Positions 1 to 6,546 of a DNA stretch of 23,717 nt are shown here, piece after piece (position 1 is the first letter of the stretch; every line of letters starts with the position of its first letter). Origin of the DNA: an uncultured Clostridia bacterium. Its GTDB lineage: Bacteria > Bacillota > Clostridia > Christensenellales > Aristaeellaceae. The stretch lies in contig CALGBY010000102.1 in the NCBI GenBank assembly GCA_937886445.1, forward strand, positions 1 through 23,717. The letters run 5' to 3'. The notes under the pieces were generated by a model, which saw only the letters and a program-made list of their open reading frames with translations, was not told the DNA's origin and ran no database searches. The translations under genes and the position numbers were made by a program.

Positions 1-469
1 TTATACAGGTAAATCCACGAACCTACAAACTGGAGGTCATTACATATTGTCTAAAGGGTGAAAGACCCGAACTCGCCCGGCAGCGGGAAGAGTACAGCCG
101 AAGGCAAGGGTGTCCATCGCGAGGTGTAATCTGAAGGAAGCCGGATGTGGGAACAGACTAACCACGGGCAAACCTCTGGCCTGACGAACAGAAACCGCAT
201 ACAAGGTCACACGTGAGGGTAAGACTGCTAAACAAGCCGAAGCCCAGTAGCTGCACGGAATCATGAGGGATAAATGCGGCAGGTAGATGGAGGGAAAGAA
301 ACGTGTGGTACCCGGGGAGGTCTGCGCGGTATGCGCTGAAAGGAGCAACCATGACTGAAAGGTCATGCTGAACGCGCAGAAGTCAGCCGAAGCCATAGTA
401 CCTTGGGAAAAAAATCAAGGGAAGGACGGAACCAATACAGGCCGGAGTAACCGGAGGAAGGAGGATAGC

Positions 470-1909
470 ATGGAGAAGGTAGAAAACGCTGGAAGCGGCG
501 GCTGCCCGCAAAGAGATAGCACGGAATGCAAAGGGTATGCGGGAGCACAGAGTGCTGTCCAACCGGAAAATGGAGAAACGGCAGGCAGAAGCCGGAAACT
601 GCTTGAGGCGATCCTGTACAAGGACAACATGAACAGGGCATACAAGCGGGTGAAGGCAAACAAGGGAGCGCCAGGAATCGACGGGATGACCGTAGAGGAG
701 GCGTTGCCATGGCTCAAAGAGCACGGTCAGGAATTGCTGGAAAGAATTCGAAGTGGGAAGTACAAACCGATGCCGGTAAGACGGAAGGAAATTCCGAAGC
801 CGGACGGAGGCGTGCGAAAACTCGGAATTCCAACAGTGATAGACCGGATCGTGCAACAGGCAATCGCCCAACAGCTCATGCCATTGTATGAACCGAAGTT
901 TGCGGAGGGAAGCTACGGCTACCGACCGGGAAGAAGTGCGCAGGATGCGATCTTCAAGATTCGGGGATATGCAGAGGAAGGGTACGAATGGGCAGTACTG
1001 CTCGATCTGAGCAAGTACTTTGACACGCTGAACCATGAGAAACTGCTGAACCTACTCCGAAAGACGGTAGAGGATGAGCGAGTGATCCAGCTGATTAAGA
1101 AGTATCTGAAAAGCGGAGTCATGGAAAATGGAGTAAAGGTTGCCACAACGGAGGGAAGCCCACAAGGCGGACCGCTGTCACCGCTATTGGCGAATGTTTA
1201 CCTGAATGAGTTTGACTGGGAGTATGAAAGCCGTGGCGTACCGGTAATCCGGTATGCAGACGATATCGTGCTTCTGTGCAAAAGCCAGAGGGCAGCAGAG
1301 AGACTGCTGGAGAGCAGTATCCGCTATCTTGAAGGTAAATTGAAGCTGAAGGTGAACAGAGAGAAAAGTCACATAGCGAAGGTCAATGCGACGAAGAAGT
1401 TCAAGTTTCTGGGGTTTGCGTACAGCAAAGGGAAAGAAGGACTATTCATCCGGGTACATCCCAAGGCATTGTTGAAGGCAAAGAACAGAATACGAGCAAT
1501 AACGAAGCGAAATCGGGGAGTGAACGTCAGACAGGTTATGAAAGAATTAAAACTCTACATGACAGGCTGGCTGAACTACTTTGGGATTGCCTTACTCAAG
1601 CAGAGACTGAAAGAATGGGACGAGTGGCTGCGGCACCGAATCCGGGTATACATCTGGAAGCAATGGAAGAAACCGAAAACCAAGTTAAAGAATCTGATGA
1701 AACTGGGCGTGCCGGAATACTTCGCACGAATGGCAGCGAACAGCAGGAGAGGATATTGGTTTACGGCTGAAACCGGAGCAGTGAAAAGAGCCATAACAAA
1801 CGAAAGACTCATACGCGCAGGGTATTTTGAACTCTCTGCGGCATATGAGTCTATTCAGTCTGCTTGTGTTGGACGCGCCGTGTACCGAACGGTATGCACG
1901 GTGCGGTGA
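470..1909 (+). CDS. Group II intron-encoded reverse transcriptase/maturase, no endonuclease domain
   Basis: Taken from ORF 365..1909. RT blocks seen: KANKGAPGIDGMTVEE, RKLGIPTVIDRIVQQA, GSPQGGPLSPLLANVYL and YADDIVLL (the YADD active site). The maturase/X region shows LKLYMTGWLNYFG. No HNH/En motif follows. The start is set at ATG 470, 5 nt after GGAGGAAGGAGG (453-464). ATG 365 is an alternative. The last codons overlap domain V. Confidence 0.9.
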   Translation: MEKVENAGSGGCPQRDSTECKGYAGAQSAVQPENGETAGRSRKLLEAILYKDNMNRAYKRVKANKGAPGIDGMTVEEALPWLKEHGQELLERIRSGKYKPMPVRRKEIPKPDGGVRKLGIPTVIDRIVQQAIAQQLMPLYEPKFAEGSYGYRPGRSAQDAIFKIRGYAEEGYEWAVLLDLSKYFDTLNHEKLLNLLRKTVEDERVIQLIKKYLKSGVMENGVKVATTEGSPQGGPLSPLLANVYLNEFDWEYESRGVPVIRYADDIVLLCKSQRAAERLLESSIRYLEGKLKLKVNREKSHIAKVNATKKFKFLGFAYSKGKEGLFIRVHPKALLKAKNRIRAITKRNRGVNVRQVMKELKLYMTGWLNYFGIALLKQRLKEWDEWLRHRIRVYIWKQWKKPKTKLKNLMKLGVPEYFARMAANSRRGYWFTAETGAVKRAITNERLIRAGYFELSAAYESIQSACVGRAVYRTVCTVR

Positions 1910-1938
1910 GAGGACGGGGGTTAATCACCCCCTCCTAC
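1875..1938 (+). ncRNA. Group II intron domain V (1875-1904) and domain VI (1908-1938)
   Basis: Folded by eye. The lower helix pairs GCGCCGTGT (1875-1883) with GCACGGTGC (1896-1904), with G.U pairs at the same positions as the GAGCCGUAU/GUACGGUUC consensus. A short upper helix pairs ACC with GGT around a GAAC tetraloop (1887-1890), with a 2-nt 3' bulge (1894-1895). Domain VI pairs GGGGG (1914-1918) with CCCCC (1926-1930) and AGGA (1909-1912) with TCCT (1931-1934), leaving C1913 unpaired. An unpaired A lies near the 3' end. Confidence 0.7.
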
Positions 1939-1968
1939 TCGATTGATTTATAGTTTGAATTACGCTAT

Positions 1969-2057
1969 TTACTTAATTTAAGTTCAATGACCTATTGACA
2001 AAACCAGTATTTACCTATATTATTAAGTAAAATTAAGCTAAATTAGTTTAATTAACT
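1969..2057. promoter_or_regulatory. AT-rich operator-like boxes around promoter P1
   Basis: TTACTTAAT (1969-1977) and its exact reverse complement ATTAAGTAA (2022-2030) bracket the -35 and -10 elements. A TTAATTAACT box (2048-2057) lies in the leader. Related boxes recur at the second promoter (3834-3902). Confidence 0.3.
1995..2023 (+). promoter_or_regulatory. Sigma-A type promoter P1: -35 TTGACA (1995-2000), 17-nt spacer, -10 TATTAT (2018-2023)
   Basis: Consensus -35 and a near-consensus -10 at ideal spacing, in an AT-rich gap about 50 nt upstream of the RBS AAGGAGG (2059-2065) and ATG 2074. Confidence 0.6.
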
Positions 2058-2073
2058 TAAGGAGGTAAGAATC

Positions 2074-2784
2074 ATGAAGAAACTGCTGTCCCTGATCCTT
2101 ACGCTTTGCGTGGTGCTGAGCATGGCATCCTTCGCCGCGGCGGAGGAACTGCCTGCCTTTGACACGCTCGTACTGGGCGAGAATGCCGATTTGAAGGCGG
2201 ATCTGGTGTTTGCCTACACCACCACCGACTGGGAAGGCAGCAAGGGCATGATCAACAGCGGCAAAATCGGCTGCATGGTGCTGGGCTCCTGGGCATACCC
2301 CCAGATGCAGGAAGCCGGCCCCAACCCCGATGATATCGGCTACATGAGCTTCCCCATCACCGTGAACGGAAAGCAGTACGCTTCCGCCGGCGCGGACTAC
2401 TGCTTCGGCATCAATGTAAAGGCCACCGACGAGCAGAAGCTGGCCGCCATGTACTACATCAAGTGGCTGACCGAGGAAAGCAATTTCAGCTTTGACGAGG
2501 GCGGCGTGCCGATCCTGAAGAACGGCGAATATCCTGCCCTGTACGCTGCCTTTGCCGGCATTGACATGGTATCCGACGCTCCCGCTCTGGCCGGTGAAGA
2601 GACCCTGCTCAATGACCTGAACAGCGAATCCCTGCTGGCCATCAACGCCAGCGGCAACACCAAGATCCAGGAGATCATCGAGCACGCGTTCAACGGCGAT
2701 AAGTCCTTCGATGACATCATGGCCGATTGGAACGAGGCCTGGTCCGATGCGCAGGATGCTCAGAATGTGACGGTAAACAAGTAA
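2074..2784 (+). CDS. Family-1 extracellular solute-binding protein fragment (signal peptide plus C-terminal lobe only); probable in-frame deletion derivative
   Basis: The ORF has a strong RBS and the signal peptide MKKLLSLILTLCVVLSMASFAAA. From TTDWEGSKGMINSGKIGCMVLGSWAYPQMQEAG onward the sequence reads like the second half of a ~440-aa sugar SBP. It is only 236 aa, so most of the N-lobe is missing. Confidence 0.7.
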   Translation: MKKLLSLILTLCVVLSMASFAAAEELPAFDTLVLGENADLKADLVFAYTTTDWEGSKGMINSGKIGCMVLGSWAYPQMQEAGPNPDDIGYMSFPITVNGKQYASAGADYCFGINVKATDEQKLAAMYYIKWLTEESNFSFDEGGVPILKNGEYPALYAAFAGIDMVSDAPALAGEETLLNDLNSESLLAINASGNTKIQEIIEHAFNGDKSFDDIMADWNEAWSDAQDAQNVTVNK

Positions 2785-2797
2785 TCTTTTTACCTGC

Positions 2798-2832
2798 AGG
2801 GGCCACAGGTTCATCCTATGGCCCCTTTTCTT
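2798..2832 (+). terminator. Intrinsic terminator or attenuator after the SBP fragment
   Basis: An 8-bp stem pairs AGGGGCCA (2798-2805) with TGGCCCCT (2819-2826), followed by TTTCTT. Confidence 0.6.
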
Positions 2833-2861
2833 ACCGGGTTGCTCATTTGAAGGTGAATCTA

Positions 2862-3719
2862 TTGACAAGCTTTGCTGCGCGCGATCTGCGGCGCCGGAAA
2901 AAGATCAATTGGCAGAAAGTGCTGTTGATTACCACGTTTTCCGCGCTCCCCTTGTTCCTGCTGATCCTGTTTACCTACGTTCCCTTTATCAAAATGGTGA
3001 AATTCAGCTTCTATGATATGAGTTACACCAGAAACAGGGGCTTCGCATCGTTCAATAATTACCTGAAGATATTCACGAAAGAAGAATACGTGGATGCCAT
3101 GCTGCTGAGTCTGTACTATATGGCCGGCGCGGTCGTACAGCTGGCGCTTGCGTTGTTTTTCGCGACGCTTCTCACGTCCGGCATCAAGGGCAACGGGATT
3201 TTCAAGGGCATCCTGTTCTTCCCCTTCCTTGTGAACGGCATTGCCATCGGCTATATCTTCAAGTTCTTCTTCACCCGCGGCTTCGTGCTGGATACCGTGC
3301 TGCAAGCCTTGGGCTTCCCTCTGGAAAATCTGCCGTACTGGCTGCGCGACCAGAGCGTGAACAACTGGTCGCTGATGTTTACTTCGGTATGGAAATACTG
3401 CGGACAGAATATGGTTCTGTTCATCGGCGCGATCGCGTCCATCGATCCTTCCCTGTATGAAGCCGCCACCATTGACGGTGCCAACAAATGGCAGCAGTTC
3501 AAGGTCATCGTGTTGCCCGGTATCAAAACGGTGTTTATGCTGAATCTGATTCTGTCCATCACCGGCTCTCTTTCCGCCTTCGAACCCGCCTATGTTGTGG
3601 GCAGCATGGGTGCCAACGGAACGGCTACTTTCTTCATCAAAATCCATCAGATGGCGCATGTAAACAACAAGGTCGGCATACGCGGGACTGGCAAGCGGGT
3701 CCGTAAAGGGATAAGCTGA
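2862..3719 (+). CDS. CUT1 ABC sugar permease (MalF/UgpA type), apparently C-terminally truncated; possible pseudogene
   Basis: In frame with ORF 2727..3719. The start is set at TTG 2862, after GAAGGTGA. Five TM segments are visible, plus the EAA loop LYEAATIDGANKWQQFKVIVLPGIKT. After ...HVNNKVG, where a sixth TM helix is expected, the ORF ends in the basic tail IRGTGKRVRKGIS. Confidence 0.7.
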   Translation: MTSFAARDLRRRKKINWQKVLLITTFSALPLFLLILFTYVPFIKMVKFSFYDMSYTRNRGFASFNNYLKIFTKEEYVDAMLLSLYYMAGAVVQLALALFFATLLTSGIKGNGIFKGILFFPFLVNGIAIGYIFKFFFTRGFVLDTVLQALGFPLENLPYWLRDQSVNNWSLMFTSVWKYCGQNMVLFIGAIASIDPSLYEAATIDGANKWQQFKVIVLPGIKTVFMLNLILSITGSLSAFEPAYVVGSMGANGTATFFIKIHQMAHVNNKVGIRGTGKRVRKGIS

Positions 3720-3789
3720 CGGACGGCGGACTTCGCGCATAAAGTCCGCCGCCGGCATCGTGTACGTCCCGGGAACTTCCGGGAACGCG

Positions 3790-3823
3790 ATAAGACGGCT
3801 TCAAACGATGCCGTCTTATTTTA
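3790..3823 (+). terminator. Rho-independent terminator
   Basis: A perfect 10-bp stem pairs ATAAGACGGC (3790-3799) with GCCGTCTTAT (3810-3819), running into a T-tract (TTATTTT). Confidence 0.8.
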
Positions 3824-3833
3824 CCCGCGTCAG

Positions 3834-3902
3834 AGTTAATTACTTAAATATTAGTTTTGGTATTGACTTAAAAAACATAAAGTACTATAATCCTAATTAA
3901 CT
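3834..3902. promoter_or_regulatory. AT-rich inverted repeat bracketing promoter P2
   Basis: AGTTAATTA (3834-3842) and its exact reverse complement TAATTAACT (3894-3902) flank the -35 and -10 elements. The downstream arm starts 3 nt after the -10. An adjacent TTACTTAA box (3840-3847) resembles the box upstream of P1. Confidence 0.35.
3863..3891 (+). promoter_or_regulatory. Sigma-A type promoter P2: -35 TTGACT (3863-3868), 17-nt spacer, -10 TATAAT (3886-3891)
   Basis: A consensus -10 and a 5/6 match at -35 with ideal spacing. It lies just downstream of a strong terminator and about 100 nt upstream of ATG 3991, at the head of a long same-strand gene array. Confidence 0.7.
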
Positions 3903-3990
3903 GAACACAACAAAAAACGCAACAATCACATATAACCGTGGAAACAAACGCCGGCTGCGCCGGTGAATCGAATATCGGGAGGAACAGATC

Positions 3991-5016
3991 ATGGGAATCC
4001 ACATTCTGAACACCGCGAATTTGCCCAATATCCCCTGGCAGGAGCGTCCCGCGGACGACAAGCATGACCTGCCTGTCTGGCGTTACAGCGAAAACCCCAT
4101 TATCCGCAGAAATCCTGCGGCGGGCGTGAGCCGCATTTTCAACAGCGCTGTTTGCCCCTGGGAGAACGGCTTTATCGCCGTGCTGCGCGGCGAGCAGAAT
4201 AACGGCATTCCGCATATCTATCTGGGCAAAAGCCGCGACGGCATCCACTGGGACGTGATGCCGGATAAAATCGCCTTTGTCGATGAAAACGGAAAGCCCG
4301 CCATGCCGCTTTACGCCTACGATCCGCGGCTCGTGAAGGTGGAGGATACCTACTACCTCATCTGGTGTCAGGACTTCTACGGCGCGTCCATCGGCATGGC
4401 GAAGACGAAGGACTTTAAGACCTTTACGCGTCTGGAAAATCCCTACATTCCCTTTAACCGCAACGCGGTGATGTTCCCGCGCAAGGTCGGCGGCTACTAC
4501 ACCATGCTGTCCCGTCCCTCGGACAGCGGACACACGCCGTTTGGCGACATCTTCCTGAGCCAGAGCCCGGACCTCACATTCTGGGGAAAGCACAGGCACG
4601 TGATGAGCCGCTCGGGCAACTGGTGGGAGAGCGTCAAAATCGGCAGCGGCGCGGCGCCCATCGAGACGGATGAGGGCTGGCTCCTGTTCTACCACGGCGT
4701 CACCGGCACCTGCAACGGCTTCGTGTATTCCTTCGGCGGCGCGATACTGGATATTGACGAGCCCTCGAAGGTGCTCTACAGATGCGAAACCTTCCTGCTG
4801 ACGCCCGAGGAAAGCTATGAGACCACGGGCTTCGTGCCCAATGTCTGCTTCCCCTGCGCCACGCTTCAGGACCCCGCAACCGGTCGCATCGCCATCTATT
4901 ACGGCGCTGCCGACACCACCGTTGCGCTGGCGTTCACGAAGGTGGACGAGGTCGTTTCCTATATTAAAGAACATTCCGTTACCACGGTGAGCGATACCGA
5001 GATCGGCATTCGCTGA
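3991..5016 (+). CDS. GH130 subfamily-2-like beta-1,4-manno-oligosaccharide phosphorylase (cytoplasmic)
   Basis: 341 aa with no signal peptide. The RBS GGGAGGA precedes the ATG. GH130 blocks seen: NPIIRRNP, IFNSAV, YDPRLVKVEDTYYLIW, NRNAVMFPRKVGGYY, GWLLFYHGV and IYYGAADT. The length matches the short (~340 aa) GH130_2 enzymes such as the R. albus MP2 type. Confidence 0.9.
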   Translation: MGIHILNTANLPNIPWQERPADDKHDLPVWRYSENPIIRRNPAAGVSRIFNSAVCPWENGFIAVLRGEQNNGIPHIYLGKSRDGIHWDVMPDKIAFVDENGKPAMPLYAYDPRLVKVEDTYYLIWCQDFYGASIGMAKTKDFKTFTRLENPYIPFNRNAVMFPRKVGGYYTMLSRPSDSGHTPFGDIFLSQSPDLTFWGKHRHVMSRSGNWWESVKIGSGAAPIETDEGWLLFYHGVTGTCNGFVYSFGGAILDIDEPSKVLYRCETFLLTPEESYETTGFVPNVCFPCATLQDPATGRIAIYYGAADTTVALAFTKVDEVVSYIKEHSVTTVSDTEIGIR

Positions 5017-5041
5017 CCGAAGGGCAGGGGAGGGATAGAGT

Positions 5042-6511
5042 GTGAAAAACAGAAGGTTCCGCAAATTGCTTCACAGAATGACGGCGCTCACGCTGTGCTG
5101 TCTGCTGCTGCCCGTGTCTTCGCCGGGCACGGCAGAGGATGTGATCCGCCTCGAGGCGGAGGACGGCGTGACCTACGGGAACGTGCGGGCCCTTTCCAAC
5201 AGCCGCAGGGGCTGGGTCGAGGGCTTCAAGGACGACAATGACCGGGTGGAGCTGCCGCTCACAATCGCGGTGGGCGGGCTTTACGACATCACGGTGATCC
5301 TCGCCTCCGAGGGCGGTCATAAGGAAAATCCCCTGCTGCTGGACGGAGAGCGGGTCGCGACCTGCGCAGTCGACAGCAGCACCTATACCCGCGTCACCCT
5401 GTCCGGCATTTATCTTACGGAGGGCGAGCATACGCTGGGCATGGGCAAGAGCTGGGGCTGGGTCAAGGTGGATGCCTTTGAGATTGCGCCCTGCGCCGGT
5501 CTTTCCCCCGAGCTTTACGAGGTCTCCCGTATCCTCGCTGTCCCCAACCCCTCGCCGGAAGCGCAGCGGCTGTTTGACTGGATGTGCGACATCTACGGCA
5601 AAAAGATCATCACCGGCCAGAACTGCGACGGCGGCATGTACGGCATGGAGAATCAGGCCATCTGGCGGGCGACGGGCGGCTCCTATCCCGCGCTGCTGGG
5701 TCTGGACATGATTGACTACAGTCCCTCCCGCGTGGAGCGGGGTACTACGGGCAAGAGCGTGGATTACGCCATCGACTACTGGAACAAGGGCGGCATCGTC
5801 ACCTTCTGCTGGCACTGGAACGCGCCCTCCCCCTACCTCAAGGAGCCGTGGTACTCCGGCTTCTACACGGAGCATTCCACCATCAACCTCAAAAAAATCA
5901 TGAACGGTGAGGATAAGCAGGGCTACGATCTTCTGATGAAGGACATCGACGCCATCGCCTGTCAGCTCACCCGCCTGCGCGACGCGGGCGTGCCCGTCCT
6001 GTGGAGGCCCCTTCACGAGGCCAGCGGCGGCTGGTTCTGGTGGGGCGCGTCGGGCAAAGAGGCGTACAAGTGGCTGTGGGACCTGCTGTTTGACAAGCTG
6101 ACCAATGAGTACGGTCTCAACAACCTCATCTGGGTCTGGAACGGACAGAATCCCGCTTGGTATCCGGGCGACGAGACCGTGGACATCATCGGCGAGGATA
6201 TCTATCCCGGCGAGCGGGTCTACAATTCCCAGAGCGCGAAATTCCTCGAAGCGACAAAGTACACCCTCGCGAAGAAGATGATCATCCTGTCCGAAAACGG
6301 CTGCGTGCCCGATCCGGAGCTGATCTTCCGCGACGGCACGGTCTGGGGCAGCTACTGCACCTGGGGCGGAGACTTCGTGCTCAAAAACAAGAAGTTCAAT
6401 AATCCCTCCGAGCAGTACACCGAGGTGTGGATGCTCAAGAAAATGTACGAAGACGAGCGCAGCGTGACCCGCGCGGACATTCCCGATTTGAGGAGCGGGT
6501 CCGAAAATTAG
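5042..6511 (+). CDS. Secreted endo-beta-1,4-mannanase: CBM6/35-like module plus GH26 catalytic domain
   Basis: GTG start after GGGAGGG. An N-terminal hydrophobic signal sequence is present. The beta-sandwich-like module (nt ~5132-5488) contains LEAEDG and LTEGEHTLGM. GH26 hallmarks are WRPLHEASGGWFWWG (acid/base Glu context) and IILSENG (nucleophile Glu context). Confidence 0.9.
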   Translation: MKNRRFRKLLHRMTALTLCCLLLPVSSPGTAEDVIRLEAEDGVTYGNVRALSNSRRGWVEGFKDDNDRVELPLTIAVGGLYDITVILASEGGHKENPLLLDGERVATCAVDSSTYTRVTLSGIYLTEGEHTLGMGKSWGWVKVDAFEIAPCAGLSPELYEVSRILAVPNPSPEAQRLFDWMCDIYGKKIITGQNCDGGMYGMENQAIWRATGGSYPALLGLDMIDYSPSRVERGTTGKSVDYAIDYWNKGGIVTFCWHWNAPSPYLKEPWYSGFYTEHSTINLKKIMNGEDKQGYDLLMKDIDAIACQLTRLRDAGVPVLWRPLHEASGGWFWWGASGKEAYKWLWDLLFDKLTNEYGLNNLIWVWNGQNPAWYPGDETVDIIGEDIYPGERVYNSQSAKFLEATKYTLAKKMIILSENGCVPDPELIFRDGTVWGSYCTWGGDFVLKNKKFNNPSEQYTEVWMLKKMYEDERSVTRADIPDLRSGSEN

Positions 6512-6546
6512 CCCTTTTCATAATGAACGCAAGGAGTGAAGAAAGC

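Larger units (their letters stand above)
1..1938 (+). mobile_element. Group II intron, 3' ~1.9 kb (5' boundary at or before the window edge)
   Basis: A purine-rich structured leader (1-469) precedes an RT/maturase ORF, followed by a domain V hairpin and a domain VI hairpin with a bulged A. The element ends ...CCTAC at 1938. No GUGYG 5' splice-site motif occurs in 1-364, so the 5' end is outside the window. The sequence becomes AT-rich and non-coding immediately after 1938. Confidence 0.85.

Noticed and set aside
1939-2073. Whether the AT-rich islands at 1939-2073 and 3826-3990 are IS-element or transposon ends flanking the decayed cassette.
   Set aside because: No transposase ORF lies between or beside them. 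The shared sequence is limited to short boxes positioned relative to the -35 and -10 elements, which promoter/operator architecture explains better.
3725-3750. The hairpin GGCGGACTT/AAGTCCGCC as the terminator of the truncated permease.
   Set aside because: No U-tract follows it. The canonical terminator is the hairpin at 3790-3823.
3935-3985. Possible catabolite-responsive (cre) element or riboswitch in the leader of the GH130_2 gene. Candidates were the TGAATCGAATATCG region and the GC hairpin CGCCGGC-TGC-GCCGGTG.
   Set aside because: The candidate mismatches the core cre consensus (TGWNANCGNTNWCA) at key positions. The ~95-nt leader is too short and too unstructured for a known riboswitch class.
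6427-6546. Upstream extensions of the giant SBP ORF. The same applies to ORFs 2727-2861, 10431-10466, 19806-19868 and 365-469.
   Set aside because: These extensions overlap the preceding gene or a terminator, lack RBSs, and bury the obvious signal peptide or TM start. The internal starts with GGAGG-type RBSs were preferred.
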